A stretch of DNA of 64,000 nucleotides. Origin: Tubulanus polymorphus (taxonomy: Eukaryota; Animalia; Nemertea). The position numbers were made by a program, and so were the translations under genes. The stretch covers positions 1,719,355-1,783,354 of the forward strand of contig NC_134030.1 of the NCBI RefSeq assembly GCF_964204645.1. Direction: 5' to 3'. The notes below the pieces were generated by a model. It was given only the letters and a program-made list of their open reading frames with translations. It searched no databases and had not been told where the DNA came from. This document shows, one piece after another, positions 27,801 through 39,080 of this stretch; positions within the stretch are counted from its first letter, which is position 1; each line of letters starts with the position of its first letter.

Positions 27801-30800
27801 TAAGTCAGGTTTAGGGAATAGATATTTAAACCTTCAGATGATACCGATGTGATACAATTCCAGTAAGTCAGGTTTAGGGAATAGATATTTAAACCTTGAG
27901 ATGATACCGATGTTATACAATTCCAGTAAGTCAGGTTTAGGGAATAGATATTTAAACCTTTAGATGATACCGATGTGATACAATTCCAGTAAGTCAGGTT
28001 TAGGGAATAGATATTTAAACCTTGAGATGAAACCGATGTAATACAATTCCAGTAAGTCAAGTTTAGGGAATAGATATTTAAACCTTCAGATGAAACCGAT
28101 GTGATACAATTCCAGTAAGTCAGGTTTAGGGAATAGATATTTAAACCTTGAGATGAAACCGATGTGATACAATTCCAGTAAGTCAGGTTTAGGGAATAGA
28201 TATTTAAACCTTGAGATGAAACCGATGTGATACAATTCCAGTAAGTCAGGTTTAGGGAATAGATATTTAAACCTTGAGATGAAACCGATGTGATACAATT
28301 CCAGTAAGTCAGGTTTAGGGAATAGATATTTAAACCTTGAGATGAAACCGATGTGATACAATTCCAGTAAGTCAGGTTTAGGGAATAGATATTTAAACCT
28401 TCAGATGAAACCGATGTGATACAATTCCAGTAAGTCAGGTTTAGGGAATAGATATTTAAACCTTCAGATGATACCGATGTGATACAATTCCAGTAAGTCA
28501 GGTTTAGGGAATAGATATTTAAACCTTCAGATGAAACCGATGTAATACAATTCCAGTAAGTCAGGTTTGATATTTAAACCTTCAGATGATACCGATGAAT
28601 TTAGCAATTTTGAATGAATTAAACCAATATGAGATTTCGATCCTAAGAATATTGGAAGCTTGTGTTTAACGTTACTAAATATTAATATTATATAAAGCTA
28701 GAAGGACACGAGGGTATCCATTTTTTTGCCCGATCGCGACGATTAAATTCGCCGGTGAATTTATACGCCCGATACGAGCGGGTACCGATCTATCTATAAA
28801 TCGGCCGTCACGGTGATTTCGTCGCCCGCCGACATTAAACATGTTCGATATTTACGCCGGTGTTCGGGTCACTTGTTAATTCGCTCGGCTTGTCGGCAAG
28901 CTTAAAAAGATTTAGAAAAAACTAGAAATTCTCATTCCTGAATGAACTGGATTCATCTGGGTTCAGTTTCATGAGACACAGTTCAAACTGCTCTTGAATT
29001 TGAGTTTGTAATTAATGTATGTGATTATAATGAATTGTATTTTTGTTTTACAGCTTTGGCATTTCGGTTAAGTCGTGCGTTCCGGCGGGAGGAGTTCGTC
29101 AGAATATTTCTACCGGAGTGTAAGTAGTTTAACTATTTTCATACAATATCATTTAGTGTGACGTGTGTTACTGATTCAGGCACGGATCCAGGAATGTTTC
29201 CAAGACGGGGTTCATAAAAATGCTGACTAAAATCTCTAATAATAGCCGGGGCCTATACGGCATATTTTTTGGCCAAACATAAGGCCTTTTTTTAATAGCA
29301 TGGTTTGGTTGCTCCCAAAATTTGAAGAAACATAAAATAAAAAAGAATTAGAAAAAAAATTTTTTATTCCTGTCTGTGAAACAAATTCAGTGAAAAACCG
29401 AGCAAAAAAGATTTTTCACCTCGGCCGAATGAGAATCCTGGATTGAACGATGAAACAATTGAAAAACGCGAGGTTCTTTTTTGATCGCAGTGTGCAGAAT
29501 TCAAACTTTCCAAGAATCATTTGTTCGGACATATGTATATTGCCCTATTGACAGTTCCCTCTTCCTTCTAAAAGTGATTTTATCTCACTGAGGGAATTTT
29601 TAAAAAATTTTCTCTGAAATGATATGGTAGCGTTTTTTTTTTTGCTTTAAAAATTTTTTGGTAGCCGATCAGCGGGGTCACGACCCCTGAAACCCTCCCT
29701 GGATCCGCGCCTATGATATCTCCTCAAAATCTAATAAAAACTTTCAATGAATTAATGCTGTAATGACGATATGTAGCCATCTGTCTATTTGAATGCATTT
29801 GCAAAAAGACAAAAAGAAATAGTAGCAGAATTTTGGCTAAAAGTTTAGAATACCCAAATTCAACATTGCTTGCAGCAGACGGAATTTCCGCCATTTTGGT
29901 TAACAGGGGATTCCCCCCTCCGGTACTTCCCATGATCAATAGTGTCTATGACGCGTTGCGTACGGAATGCCATGGAATTCCCTCACATGATTTATGATAA
30001 TAATGTTTACTTGCATTCTGATTGGTTAAAATCGCGTGTAGTTTGAACGTAGGCAATGTTTACATTTGTAACGTCACCGGCGAGTCGCTGACATTAACGT
30101 AGTCATTGAGTTAACATTATCTTGCACTGAATGGTGATATCAATCGCATTCATTTTATAAATATTTTGAATATGAATTTGTTTTTATATATCAACTGCGA
30201 GTAACAGTGTTACGCTATTGAGTCTTAAGAGACAGCCTTTATGGACCTTATTGGTTGTTATAACTCACAAGCTGACTGAGTTAGCATTCTGGATCCGTCA
30301 GATTAGTTACTTCTAGAAAATATGTTAGTCACATTTTCTGACTATATTCTGGAAAACAGTGGAAGCTTGTATCCACCCTAGATTAGAACCAATCAGAATA
30401 CACTATTTTACAGAAAATGTATTTATGACAATTGCGTAAGGTTTTAGTAAAATAGTGTTTTTTCTCGAGTAGTTGCCGAAGAAGCATAAAAATTTGATTC
30501 AATTTCATTCAGATTTAAACAAACAAATCGAATTTCATTTCATTCAGCGCAAACTTCAAATCTAATTAAAATTTTGTTCAGTATGAATAAGTTGCAAATC
30601 ATTGAGAGGAAAAAATAATTAATTGTGTTACTTAAAAAAATCACAATTGTACTGTGTTTATCAAAACAGGAGACCACAGGACCTTTGGTCCTCTAGTATT
30701 CTTTTCCTAGTTATTCCAAAAACACTAAAACAGTCCAATCAGCGATCGCTGCCAGACCAACACGATTACATTGAAATCAAACTTAAGTAACATCAGGCGC

Positions 30801-32643
30801 CCCCTGTTGGAATAATATTCATAGCCGTAGCATCGAAACCATTCGACTTGTTGTTTAATGTATTTCTCTCTATTTTTATTTTACAGTGATGAACATTTTA
30901 GAAGAATGTCCGTTTGGGGACTTGGTGGGGGAATTCAAAAGAAACTTGGTTCCCGATAGGATACCACCACCGGTTAATCCTATGTCGCCCGCTGCTGCCC
31001 CTCCCCCACGTCCATTAAATTCGCCTCAGCAGCGGCCTGTCAGACAGCCGCCCCCGGCCGCCACTCGTTCGTCAGACAGAGTCCGGGGACGGCTGTTTGA
31101 AGGAGATCTGACGGAGGTAAGAATCTTTATTTGTTTTCATATTTTATTCAGGATATCAGTTGAAGTTCAGCAAATAAATTACCAGACCTGTAAACAGAAG
31201 AGTAGTCATGAATTTCCATTTGCGGGTAAAACCCCATAGTCGAAAACCTTCGGTTATTGATCTATATCTGCTTAAGACCAATGGTTGTACACACGAGTGC
31301 GAAAACTTATCGCTCAAACTTTGATTGTATCCATGGTAACGCGTACAGTATACTATGCGTGACTTACCGTTTCCTATCACTGGAATACAATACTGTTTTT
31401 GACCATGAGCGCCATCTGCGGCGGTCATAACGGACTGACTGGTGATTGGCTGAAATGCTCGTCTACCGTGGTGACGATTATTCGGTGTTACACGTGCAGC
31501 AGACACGTCTCTGAATATCTAACATTTGATTGTTGTAACTCATCGGGAAAAATATGTTTATGAGTCGATTTTTTGTCGAAATTTTGTTCGGCAGAAAATT
31601 GGCTGCGTACGTCAAGAAGGCGGCTGATATTTGTATCGTGTGACCCCTCGTCCCGGTAATATGCCGACCCACGTACACCTGAGACCAGTTGCATAGTCAG
31701 AGCTTAGAATTAAGACCGTTTTAAGACCAACTTAGTTCTATAGCCAATCTAATAACTTAAGACCAGTCTTTAGATTTAAGACCACTTTTGGACTTAAGTC
31801 TTGACCATGGAATCGGCCCCAGATGCTTATTCCGCTGTATTGGATGCTGACGTGCTCGTGTCTTCCAGCAATGTTGTTATTCACCAAAAATATCATGTTT
31901 TGTTCGAATAACACGATTCATCTGAGTCTGGGTTTAACGGATGACACGTTCAAACAGAACTACGAAATCAATATCAGAAGTCCTTTTATATTGAAACGGT
32001 CCCAGAAGTCCCTGTTATAATGGGTACTTTTTCAAAAAAAGTAACGAGAACTCCGATGGCTTTCCGTATCGGTAAAAACTAACTATTTCTATGAGCGTCA
32101 CTCGTAGATTTACCGAAACGCCACCTTGTGACACGATATCCTAACTACGTATAGGTGTTTTATTTGCTGAATCGCTGGTTTCTCATTCTCATTTTTTATA
32201 CTTGTGTTTAATTTTATACTAAACAAATTTTTCACTTTTTCTCTTTACAGACACGACCACCGCCAAAAAAAACTAGAACAAAAAGGAAAAGAAAAGTTGC
32301 GGTCGTCGTGGCTCCGCAGGGAGGAGGAGCAAGATTGGTCCCGGCGGATGGTGCGGCTGACGAAGGTAATCGGGAGGAAGGGGAGGGGATAAATAGGAAG
32401 CGGCCGAGGAGGGATGGTGGTGGGGCTGGGGATGGTGCGGGTCCTGCTCCTCCTGCTCCTCCATCCGTATCTCGGGCGGTCACTCGTTCACTCGCCAAAA
32501 AGCTGGCGAGTGAACGAGTGGCCCGAGAGGTAGAGGTGGTGGCCCGACATACGGATGGAATGTGGGAGGAGCGGCTTCGTTCGGGGACAATTCCGGATTT
32601 GTTAACTGATTTAAAAAATATTCTTTCAGTGAAGGGATATTAG
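15809..32643 (+). CDS. Orphan gene with nine coding exons ('gene A'), 336-aa low-complexity, likely nuclear protein
   Basis: Exons 15809-15871, 17037-17120, 17530-17568, 17939-17965, 19829-19867, 20078-20147, 29054-29119, 30887-31116, 32251-32643. All flanked by yAG/GTAAG, intron phases 0,0,0,0,0,1,1,0, total 1011 nt open to TAG. Protein: MPKAVKKTRGVGPSTSSPYNK GTA(Q15)KFNISMSGID FLPTTPPSGSSTP DLSPIQHVD RQFASQRRSPSLN LSNNSSSSSAPLPPETPPDLQART LAFRLSRAFRREEFVRIFLPEL MNILEECPFGDLVGEFKRNLVPDR...VRGRLFEGDLTE TRPPPKKTRTKRKRK...RKRPRR...GMWEERLRSGTIPDLLTDLKNILSVKGY*. Paralogous exons at 1-8.4 kb share most of the same boundaries. Confidence 0.7.
15937..16043. mobile_element. PIF/Harbinger-type MITE
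   Basis: TIRs ggtccagtttcacaaa / tttgtgaaactaggcc, CTG target duplication. Confidence 0.7.
17037..17120 (+). CDS. Gene A exon 2 (polyQ15)
   Basis: ttttatag|GGT ... GAC|gtaagt, 84 nt. Confidence 0.7.
17530..17568 (+). CDS. Gene A exon 3 (FLPTTPPSGSSTP)
   Basis: ttttcag|TTT ... CCG|gtaagt, 39 nt. Confidence 0.7.
17939..17965 (+). CDS. Gene A micro-exon 4 (DLSPIQHVD)
   Basis: tttacag|GAT ... GAC|gtaag, 27 nt; paralog near 4670-4695 (-). Confidence 0.6.
18763..19071. mobile_element. MITE
   Basis: TIRs gggatacccgca / tgcgggtatccc. Confidence 0.55.
19829..19867 (+). CDS. Gene A exon 5 (RQFASQRRSPSLN)
   Basis: tttctag|CGT ... AAT|gtaagt; paralog at 1083-1121 (-). Confidence 0.65.
20078..20147 (+). 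CDS. Gene A exon 6 (LSNNSSSSSAPLPPETPPDLQAR)
   Basis: tttacag|TTG ... AGA A|gtaagt, phase 0 in, phase 1 out. Confidence 0.65.
21005..23978. repeat. 40-bp (with 57-bp variant) GC-rich minisatellite, split by an insertion
   Basis: Unit ccagtccggtccggtccaggcatcaccgggtactgaacat at 21005-22448 and 23657-23978. Confidence 0.95.
22449..23656. mobile_element. Non-autonomous hAT-like DNA transposon with 5-bp TSD and a nested MITE (22910-23371)
   Basis: TIRs cagggttc / gaaccctg, TSD ctgaa, subterminal gcttgaaa repeats; inner imperfect TIR ggccat...gtctgtttgccgt. Confidence 0.75.
25719..25878. mobile_element. Harbinger-type MITE inserted into the DIRS RT
   Basis: Imperfect TIR cag|ggctgggtttcataga ... 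tctatgaaaccgggtc|ctg. Confidence 0.55.
26520..28597. repeat. 63-bp satellite, about 33 copies
   Basis: Unit aattccagtaagtcaggtttagggaatagatatttaaaccttgagatgawaccgatgtgatac. Confidence 0.97.
29054..29119 (+). CDS. Gene A exon 7 (symmetric phase-1 exon)
   Basis: ttttacag|CT ... GAG T|gtaagt, 66 nt, open, GC-rich island in AT-rich DNA; no paralog seen in the window. Confidence 0.55.
29177..29713. mobile_element. Non-autonomous TIR element (hAT-like ends)
   Basis: caggcacggatccagg / cctggatccgcgccta; a similar end occurs near 57846-57861. Confidence 0.6.
30887..31116 (+). CDS. Gene A exon 8
   Basis: ttttacag|TG ATG AAC ... ACG GAG|gtaag; paralog at 4063-4295 (-). Confidence 0.7.
31682..31819. 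mobile_element. Harbinger-type MITE (same family as 61790-61928, opposite orientation)
   Basis: Reverse-complement similarity to 61790-61928; flanked by CTG/CAG. Confidence 0.7.
32251..32643 (+). CDS. Gene A terminal exon 9 (NLS-like basic clusters, RLRSG motif)
   Basis: ctttacag|ACA CGA ... TAT TAG; paralogs at 7279-7627 and about 7957-8330 (-). Confidence 0.7.
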   Translation, partial: TRPPPKKTRTKRKRKVAVVVAPQGGGARLVPADGAADEGNREEGEGINRKRPRRDGGGAGDGAGPAPPAPPSVSRAVTRSLAKKLASERVAREVEVVARHTDGMWEERLRSGTIPDLLTDLKNILSVKGY

Positions 32644-33284
32644 GTGCCTTGAACGCATGAGTCGTTCATGCGCGCCTAATATGCCTTCACTGAAAAAAAT
32701 CAACTATAACATGTACCACATATTTTTTGATTTAATTTTAGTCCAATTCCACAATTATTTCGGCTTACAATAGTGTCTTCAATTCTTTGAAGCCCAAAGC
32801 ACCTTTTTGACTCAACATCCAGTATGAAGGTGGCCGGGAATCGGGCCTGTTTTCTTCCATTTTTGTATCCCGCCCAGCATACTGGTTGTTGACTCGAAAA
32901 GGTGCTCGCTCTGGGAGCTTATCAAAGGCAGGTGATGGGAAAGGTGCCATCACACACTCTCCTTTGATAAGTTTCCTAGAGTGTCACGGGCTTTAACGGG
33001 TTGAATTCACTATAATACCAATTTTCCAAAATCAATTTAATTTCTTTCAGGCCATTCTTTTTCCATGTTTTTCTGGTACATGTTATGGTTGATTTCCATT
33101 TTCGAAAATCCGGAATTGAAGCCGTTCGAAGTCGGGGGGATGGTGGTGGGGTTGGGTTAGTTTAGGGTTCCTCTCTGATTACCTTCTTTAGCTCATCATC
33201 CGTGCAGGTGGCGCTTGCTCTTCTAGCCGGTGTTCCCTGGGGTAAACATTTTAAATTTAAAAAATCAAAAATTAAAAAAAAATA

Positions 33285-33872
33285 ATAAAATCTTTAAAAA
33301 TCTCATCTCATTTCATCCAATTTATTTATTTGCGGGTGCGATGCCTATCGCACCCATTCATGTCATCCATCAAAAAAAAAATTAAAACTAAAAACGAAAA
33401 AAAATTTAAAAATTTAAAAAATCTCATCTCATTTCATCCAATTTATTTATTTGCGGGTGCGATTCCTATCGCACCCATTCATGTCATTCATCCAAAAAAA
33501 ATAAAAAACTAAAAACGAAAAAAAAATATAAAAATTAAAAAAATCTCATCTCATTTCATCCAATTTATTTATTTGCGGGTGCGATTCCTATCGCACCCAT
33601 TCATGTCATTCATCCAAAAAAAAATAAAAAACTAAAAACAAAAAAAAAATATTAAAATTAAAAAATCTCATCTCATTTCATCCAATTTATTTATTTGCGG
33701 GTGCGATCCCTATCGCACCCATTCATGTCATTCATCAAAAAAAAATTAAAACTAAAAACGAAAAAAAATATAAAAATTTAAAAAATCTCATCTCATTTCA
33801 TCCAATTTATTTATTTGCGGGTGCGATTCCTATCGCACCCATTCATGTCATTCATCCAAAAAAAATTTAAAA
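33285..33872. repeat. About 121-bp tandem repeat, 5 copies, each with a GC-rich hairpin
   Basis: gggtgcgat-(3-4 nt)-atcgcaccc in each unit, separated by A-tracts. Confidence 0.95.
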
Positions 33873-34111
33873 ACTAGAAATTAAAGTTCTAAGTTTGTTG
33901 TTAGATTCTATTGAAAGAACGTTGTAAAGTTCTTAATTTGTCTTAAAAAACGTTAGAAAAAAAGAACTTCTTAAAGTTCTCAATCTGCCGTAAAATGCAA
34001 TTGAAAAGATTATAACTCACATGAAAATTAAAAAGATAAAATAATTGATAAATAATCATTAATAAAAATTGAACTTTGGTCTCGCAATGTTTCCCCGTTA
34101 TGCATTTTTTA

Positions 34112-34605
34112 CTCGTCGTCAAACATCGGCAGCTCATCGTCGATACTCGCAGCTCGATACACACCAGCAGCTTGTCGTCGATACACACCAGCAGCTCGAT
34201 ACACACCAGCAGCTCGATTCACACCAGCAGTTCGTCGTTGATACACACCAGCAGTTCGTCGTCGATACACACCAGCAGTTCGTCGTCGATACACACCAGC
34301 AGTTCGTCATCTATACACACCAGCAGTTTGTCGTCGATACACACCAGCAGTTCGTCGTCGATACACACCAGCAGTTGGATACACACCAGCAGCTCGATAC
34401 TCAGCAGCAGTTTGATACACACCAGCAGCTCGTCGATACACACCAGCAGTTCGTCGTCGATACACACCAGAAGCTCGATACACACCAGCAGCTCGTCGTC
34501 GATACACACCAGCAGCTCGTCGATACACACCAGCAGCTCGATACTCACCAGCAGCTCGATACACACCAGCAGCTCGTCGTCGATACACACCAGCAGCTTG
34601 ATACC
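34112..34605. repeat. 15/18/21-bp minisatellite (gatacacaccagcagctc/ttcgtcgtc)
   Basis: Gives DTHQQ(L/FVV) repeats; open in several frames. Confidence 0.9.
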
Positions 34606-35574
34606 AAAACAGCTTTTAGCTGGTGAAAACCTACCCCCCATCGGGGTTAAACATGATCAAGCTATTATTCTAGGAATATAACTGTTGCAAGGGAAGTTAA
34701 GATTCATTAACCTAAACTTGATACAAAGAGATTATTGCTAATTATGAATTTCAAGGGTTTAAAAACTGATTTAAAAATCTTGAAAGACGCTCGGTCTCAC
34801 TAGAGATTTTCATCTTAAAGATTTATTGTCCTCTTACTATTGTTTAGGTGATCTATAATTTGGTAAATGCTGCTGTTGGAAAGATGCCAGAAGAAAGTTG
34901 ATTCGTGCACATCTTCACTTCACGTATTTATTGCACAAGGCGCCGACTTGCACCTGCACTACACCATTCACACTTCACCACTTCTGCATCTTTATCAATT
35001 AATTCTGGCATCTATTTGAAAATTACTTTAAACATCAGATCTCAAACTGAAACATTGAGGTATTGAATTTCAAACTGAAATATCGAGCTATCGAATCTCG
35101 ATCTCAAATGTTTACTGGAAGCCATATTTGATGTTGTATTATTCATCATAGATTGTTTAGTGTTTTCTGGCATATGCGGGCCATTTAAGATGGTCAGATA
35201 AATTCCCCGGTGGAAAATATATCTCGTGGAAGAGTCATGGAAATGAAAAATATCTTATGTAGATGTGAAGTTAGGAACCTTGCAACAGTTATTCCACCTG
35301 AGGATAATTTGATATAAGATGAATCAGTTATTGGATCATTTAACTGAAGCCAAATATAGTGAAAAATCTTAGTAAAAATTTGTCTCAAACTACAATTGAA
35401 AGGACTTATCACAGTTCTAATTCGACTCTAGGTGCGTTCAGAAGAACTTCTTAACAGTGAAAAAACTTGACTAAAAATCAGGAATCGACCCTGTTCATTG
35501 ATAAGATTTGATCTTTATTTGAAGATTAAGAATCAAACTCGCTAATTCACAATTTTTGGTAGTAAATACTGTTG

Positions 35575-35850
35575 ATCCATCATATTCGCAGCCCCCCGTG
35601 GGCTTACCAATCCATCATACGTGCAGCCACCTTGCGCTTACCAGTCTATCATACTCGCAGCCCCAGTGGGCTTTCCAATCCATCATACGTGCAGCCACCT
35701 TGCGCTTACCAGTCTATCATACTCGCGGCCCCAGTGGGCTTATCAATCCATCATACGTGCAGCCCCCGTGGGCTTACCAGTCCATCATACTCGCAGCCCC
35801 AGTGGGCTTATCAATCCATCATACGCGCAGCCCCCTTGGGCTTATCAATG
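35575..35850. repeat. About 33-bp minisatellite
   Basis: ccatcatactcgcagccccagtgggcttatcaat variants, about 8 copies. Confidence 0.9.
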
Positions 35851-36711
35851 AGAAACATTCAGACATAGTAACCGTTTTACTCGTGCTTTTCAACGACACC
35901 ATCTTATCACTCTGTAGAACGGCGATCGCAGCGTGAAATTTGTAATCGTATTTCTCCGCTGAATTTGAATATTTGATACGCGACGCGCGTGATTGAAGCT
36001 TTGTTTATGTTCGTGCTTGCCGCGATGAATTGTCATAAATATATCCTCCGTACAGGAGGACCATGAAAAGGTTTGAAGGGATCCCTAGTTAGCGCTTGTC
36101 CAGGTTTGGCTCTGGACCCGCTTGTTCGACTAGGCATCTTGTTGGAAATTTTGTCAACTGAAACTTCCGTAACTTTCGTTTTAGACCTCGCTGCTCGAAG
36201 AGCCGTTGCTGCGTCGGTTACTGTCATGCTTTGGCACAATTTTGAACGATTGTTGGAAACCGCCTTGTTCTTCTGCTGCAGATGTTGACTGTGTCGTACC
36301 CACAGTAAAGTAGCCATCTTAAATTCAAATAGTTTCGGACATTTGAGGTCCTCATCAACTCCGAGTCTTCATTCAACTGCAGTTACTGCCATTTGCCAGT
36401 GTCTGATGTAGAAGTTCTGACTTGACATTTTGATTTTCAGAATTAAAACCTTTTTTCTATTAAAGAAATTAGATATTGGTTAAAAAACAAGTGAATAATT
36501 GTTTGTAAGAAAAAAGAAAATCATGTTAGAAAAAAATATAGATGTAAAAAAATATTGATGTAAGAAAAAAAAAGTATATTGTAAATCGACGAGACGACAG
36601 AACCAGCATCAGCAACAACAACATCAGAGGAAGCAGTAACCAGTTATTTATCAGCTCCATAAATTACTGAAACGAAATCCACAACTCGGATACCAACCAC
36701 ACTCAACTCTA

Positions 36712-38360
36712 GAATTGTTCATACAACTGTCAACATGGAGTTCATCTCACAAGCAAATTAGGTAATTATCTTATGAAATTGTATGAATTGCCAATTTAAC
36801 ATTTTTGCATTTCAAGTAGGTGTAATTGAATGTTTGTCAACCTTACTCTTATAAAACTGTGTTAACCGTTGAACAGGATTCTAAGACTGTGCAGAAAACC
36901 CGTTATCGCTGCTTTGCAGCTATAATTATCTGATAAATTAGTATGGAATGCCAATTTTACATTTTTGCATTTAAGTTTAAGTGAGTTTAAAATCACGTTT
37001 CATTTGTTGTTTATTTTGTCTTTTCAGTTTTCAATTTGCCGAGATCAGTCGTCAAAAACTGTTACAACGGAAACTAAGATAACAAAGACTTGATTTGGCA
37101 AAGATTGAAGAAATCCTGCGAAAAGATTATTCATGAATTGTTCATACAACTGTCAACATGGAGTTCATCTCACAAGCAAATTAGGTAATTATCTTATGAT
37201 TTTGTATGAAATGCTAATTTTTACTCGTTAATTTTTTACAAATAAGTTGACTTTGAAATCTTTATTAATTTCTTGTTTATTTTGTTTTTTCAGTTTTCAA
37301 TTTGCCGAGATCAGTCATCAAAAACTGTTACAACGGAATTAAGATAACAAAGACTTGATTTGGCAAAGATTGAAGAAATCCTGCGAAAATCTTATTCATG
37401 AATTGTTCATACAACTGTCAACATGGAGTTCATCTCACAAGCAAATTAGGTAGTTATCTTATGATTTTGTATGAAATGCTAATTTTTACTCGTTAATTTT
37501 TTACAAATAAGTTGACTTTGAAATCTTTATTAATTTCTTGTTTATTTTGTTTTTTCAGTTTTCAATTTGCCGAGATCAGTCATAAAAAAACTGTTACAAC
37601 GGAAACTGAGATAACGAAGACTTGATTTGGCAAAGATTGAAGAAATCCTGCGAAGAGATTATTCAAGAATTGTTCATACAACTGTCAACATGGAGTTCAT
37701 CTCACAAGCAAATTAGGTAATTATCTTATGATTTTGTATGAAATGCTAATTTTACATTTTTGCATTTAAGTTTAAATGAGTTTAAAATCACGTTTCATTT
37801 GCTGGTTATTTTGTCTTTTCAGTTTTCAATTTGCCGAGATCAGTCATCAAAAAACTGTTACAACGGAAACTAAGATAACAAAGACTTGATTTGGCAAAGA
37901 TTGAAGAAATCCTGAGAAGAGATTATTCATGAATCATATAACTGTCAACATGGAGTTCATCTCACGAGCAAATTAGGTGATTATCTTATGATTTGTATGA
38001 AATGCTAATTTTTACATTTAAGTTTAAATGAGTTTAAAATCACGTTTCATTTGTTGTTTATTTTGTCTTTTCAGTTTTCAATTTGCCGAGGTCAGTCGTC
38101 AAAAACTGTTACAACGGAAACTAAGATAACAAAGACTTGATTTGGCAAAGATTGAAGAAATCCTGCGAAAAGCTTATTCAAGAATTGTTCATACAACTGT
38201 CAACATGGAGTTCATCTCACAAGCAAATTAGGTAATTATCTTATGATTTTGTATGAAATGCTAAATTTTACTCGTTATTTTTTTACTAATAAGTTGACTT
38301 TGAAATCTTTATTTATTTCTTGTTTATTTTGTCTTATCAGTTTTGAATTTTGCCGAGATT
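36712..38360 (+). repeat. About 265-bp tandem repeat, 6 copies, each an exon-like segment plus a GT-AG intron
   Basis: ...gcaaattag|gtaatt ... ttttcag|ttttcaatttgccgag in each unit. Confidence 0.85.
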
Positions 38361-38457
38361 CACATGTAGCAGATATAATGGAATTAAGTATTGAGAACCG
38401 CAACTTAACAATAAACCGGATCAACTTAATATAGTGCTGAGGACCAAAAATAAAGGA

Positions 38458-39080
38458 TAAACCCGACCAGTGTAATTCAGTGTCGAGAACCGCAGTTAAA
38501 CGATGAACCCGACCAGTGTAATTCAGTGTCGAGAACCGCAGTTAAACGATGAACCCGACCAGTGTAATTCAGTATTGAGAACCACAATTAAACGATGAAC
38601 CCGACCAGTGTGATTCAGTGTCGAGAACCACAATTAAACGATGAACCGGACCAGTGTAATTCAGTGTTCAGAGCCGCAGTTAAACAATGAACCGGACCAG
38701 TATAATTCAGTGTCGAGAACTGCAATTAAACGATGAACCGGACCAGTGTAATTAAGTGTCGAGAACCACAATTAAACGATGAACCGGACCAGTGTAATTA
38801 AGTGTCGAGAACCACAATTAAACGATAAACCGGACCAGTGTAATTCAGTGTCGAGAACCGTAATTAAACGATGAACCGGACCAGTGTAATTAAGTGTCGA
38901 GAACCGCAATTAAACGATGAACTGGACCAGTGTAATTCAGTGTCGAGAACCGCAATTAAACGATGAACTGGACCAGTGTAATTAAGTGTCGAGAACCGCA
39001 ATTAAACGATGAACTGGACCAGTGTAATTCAGTGTCGAGAACCGCAATTAAACGATGAACCGGACCAGTGTAATTCAGTT
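38458..39080. repeat. 46-bp minisatellite, about 13 copies
   Basis: aaccggaccagtgtaattcagtgtcgagaaccgcaattaaacgatg. Confidence 0.95.

Noticed and set aside
26520-28597. Long ORFs with 21-aa repeats and a CRISPR-like periodic look
   Set aside because: Head-to-tail 63-bp satellite with no unique spacers; the ORFs arise because the unit length is divisible by 3.
31081-31098. VRGRLF as a cyclin-docking RxL motif in gene A
   Set aside because: The residue two before Leu is Gly, not Arg or Lys, so it is only a near match.
34069-34681. 185-201-aa repeat ORFs (DTHQQ / SSIHT)
   Set aside because: Open in several frames on both strands because the units are multiples of 3; no convincing start or splice context.
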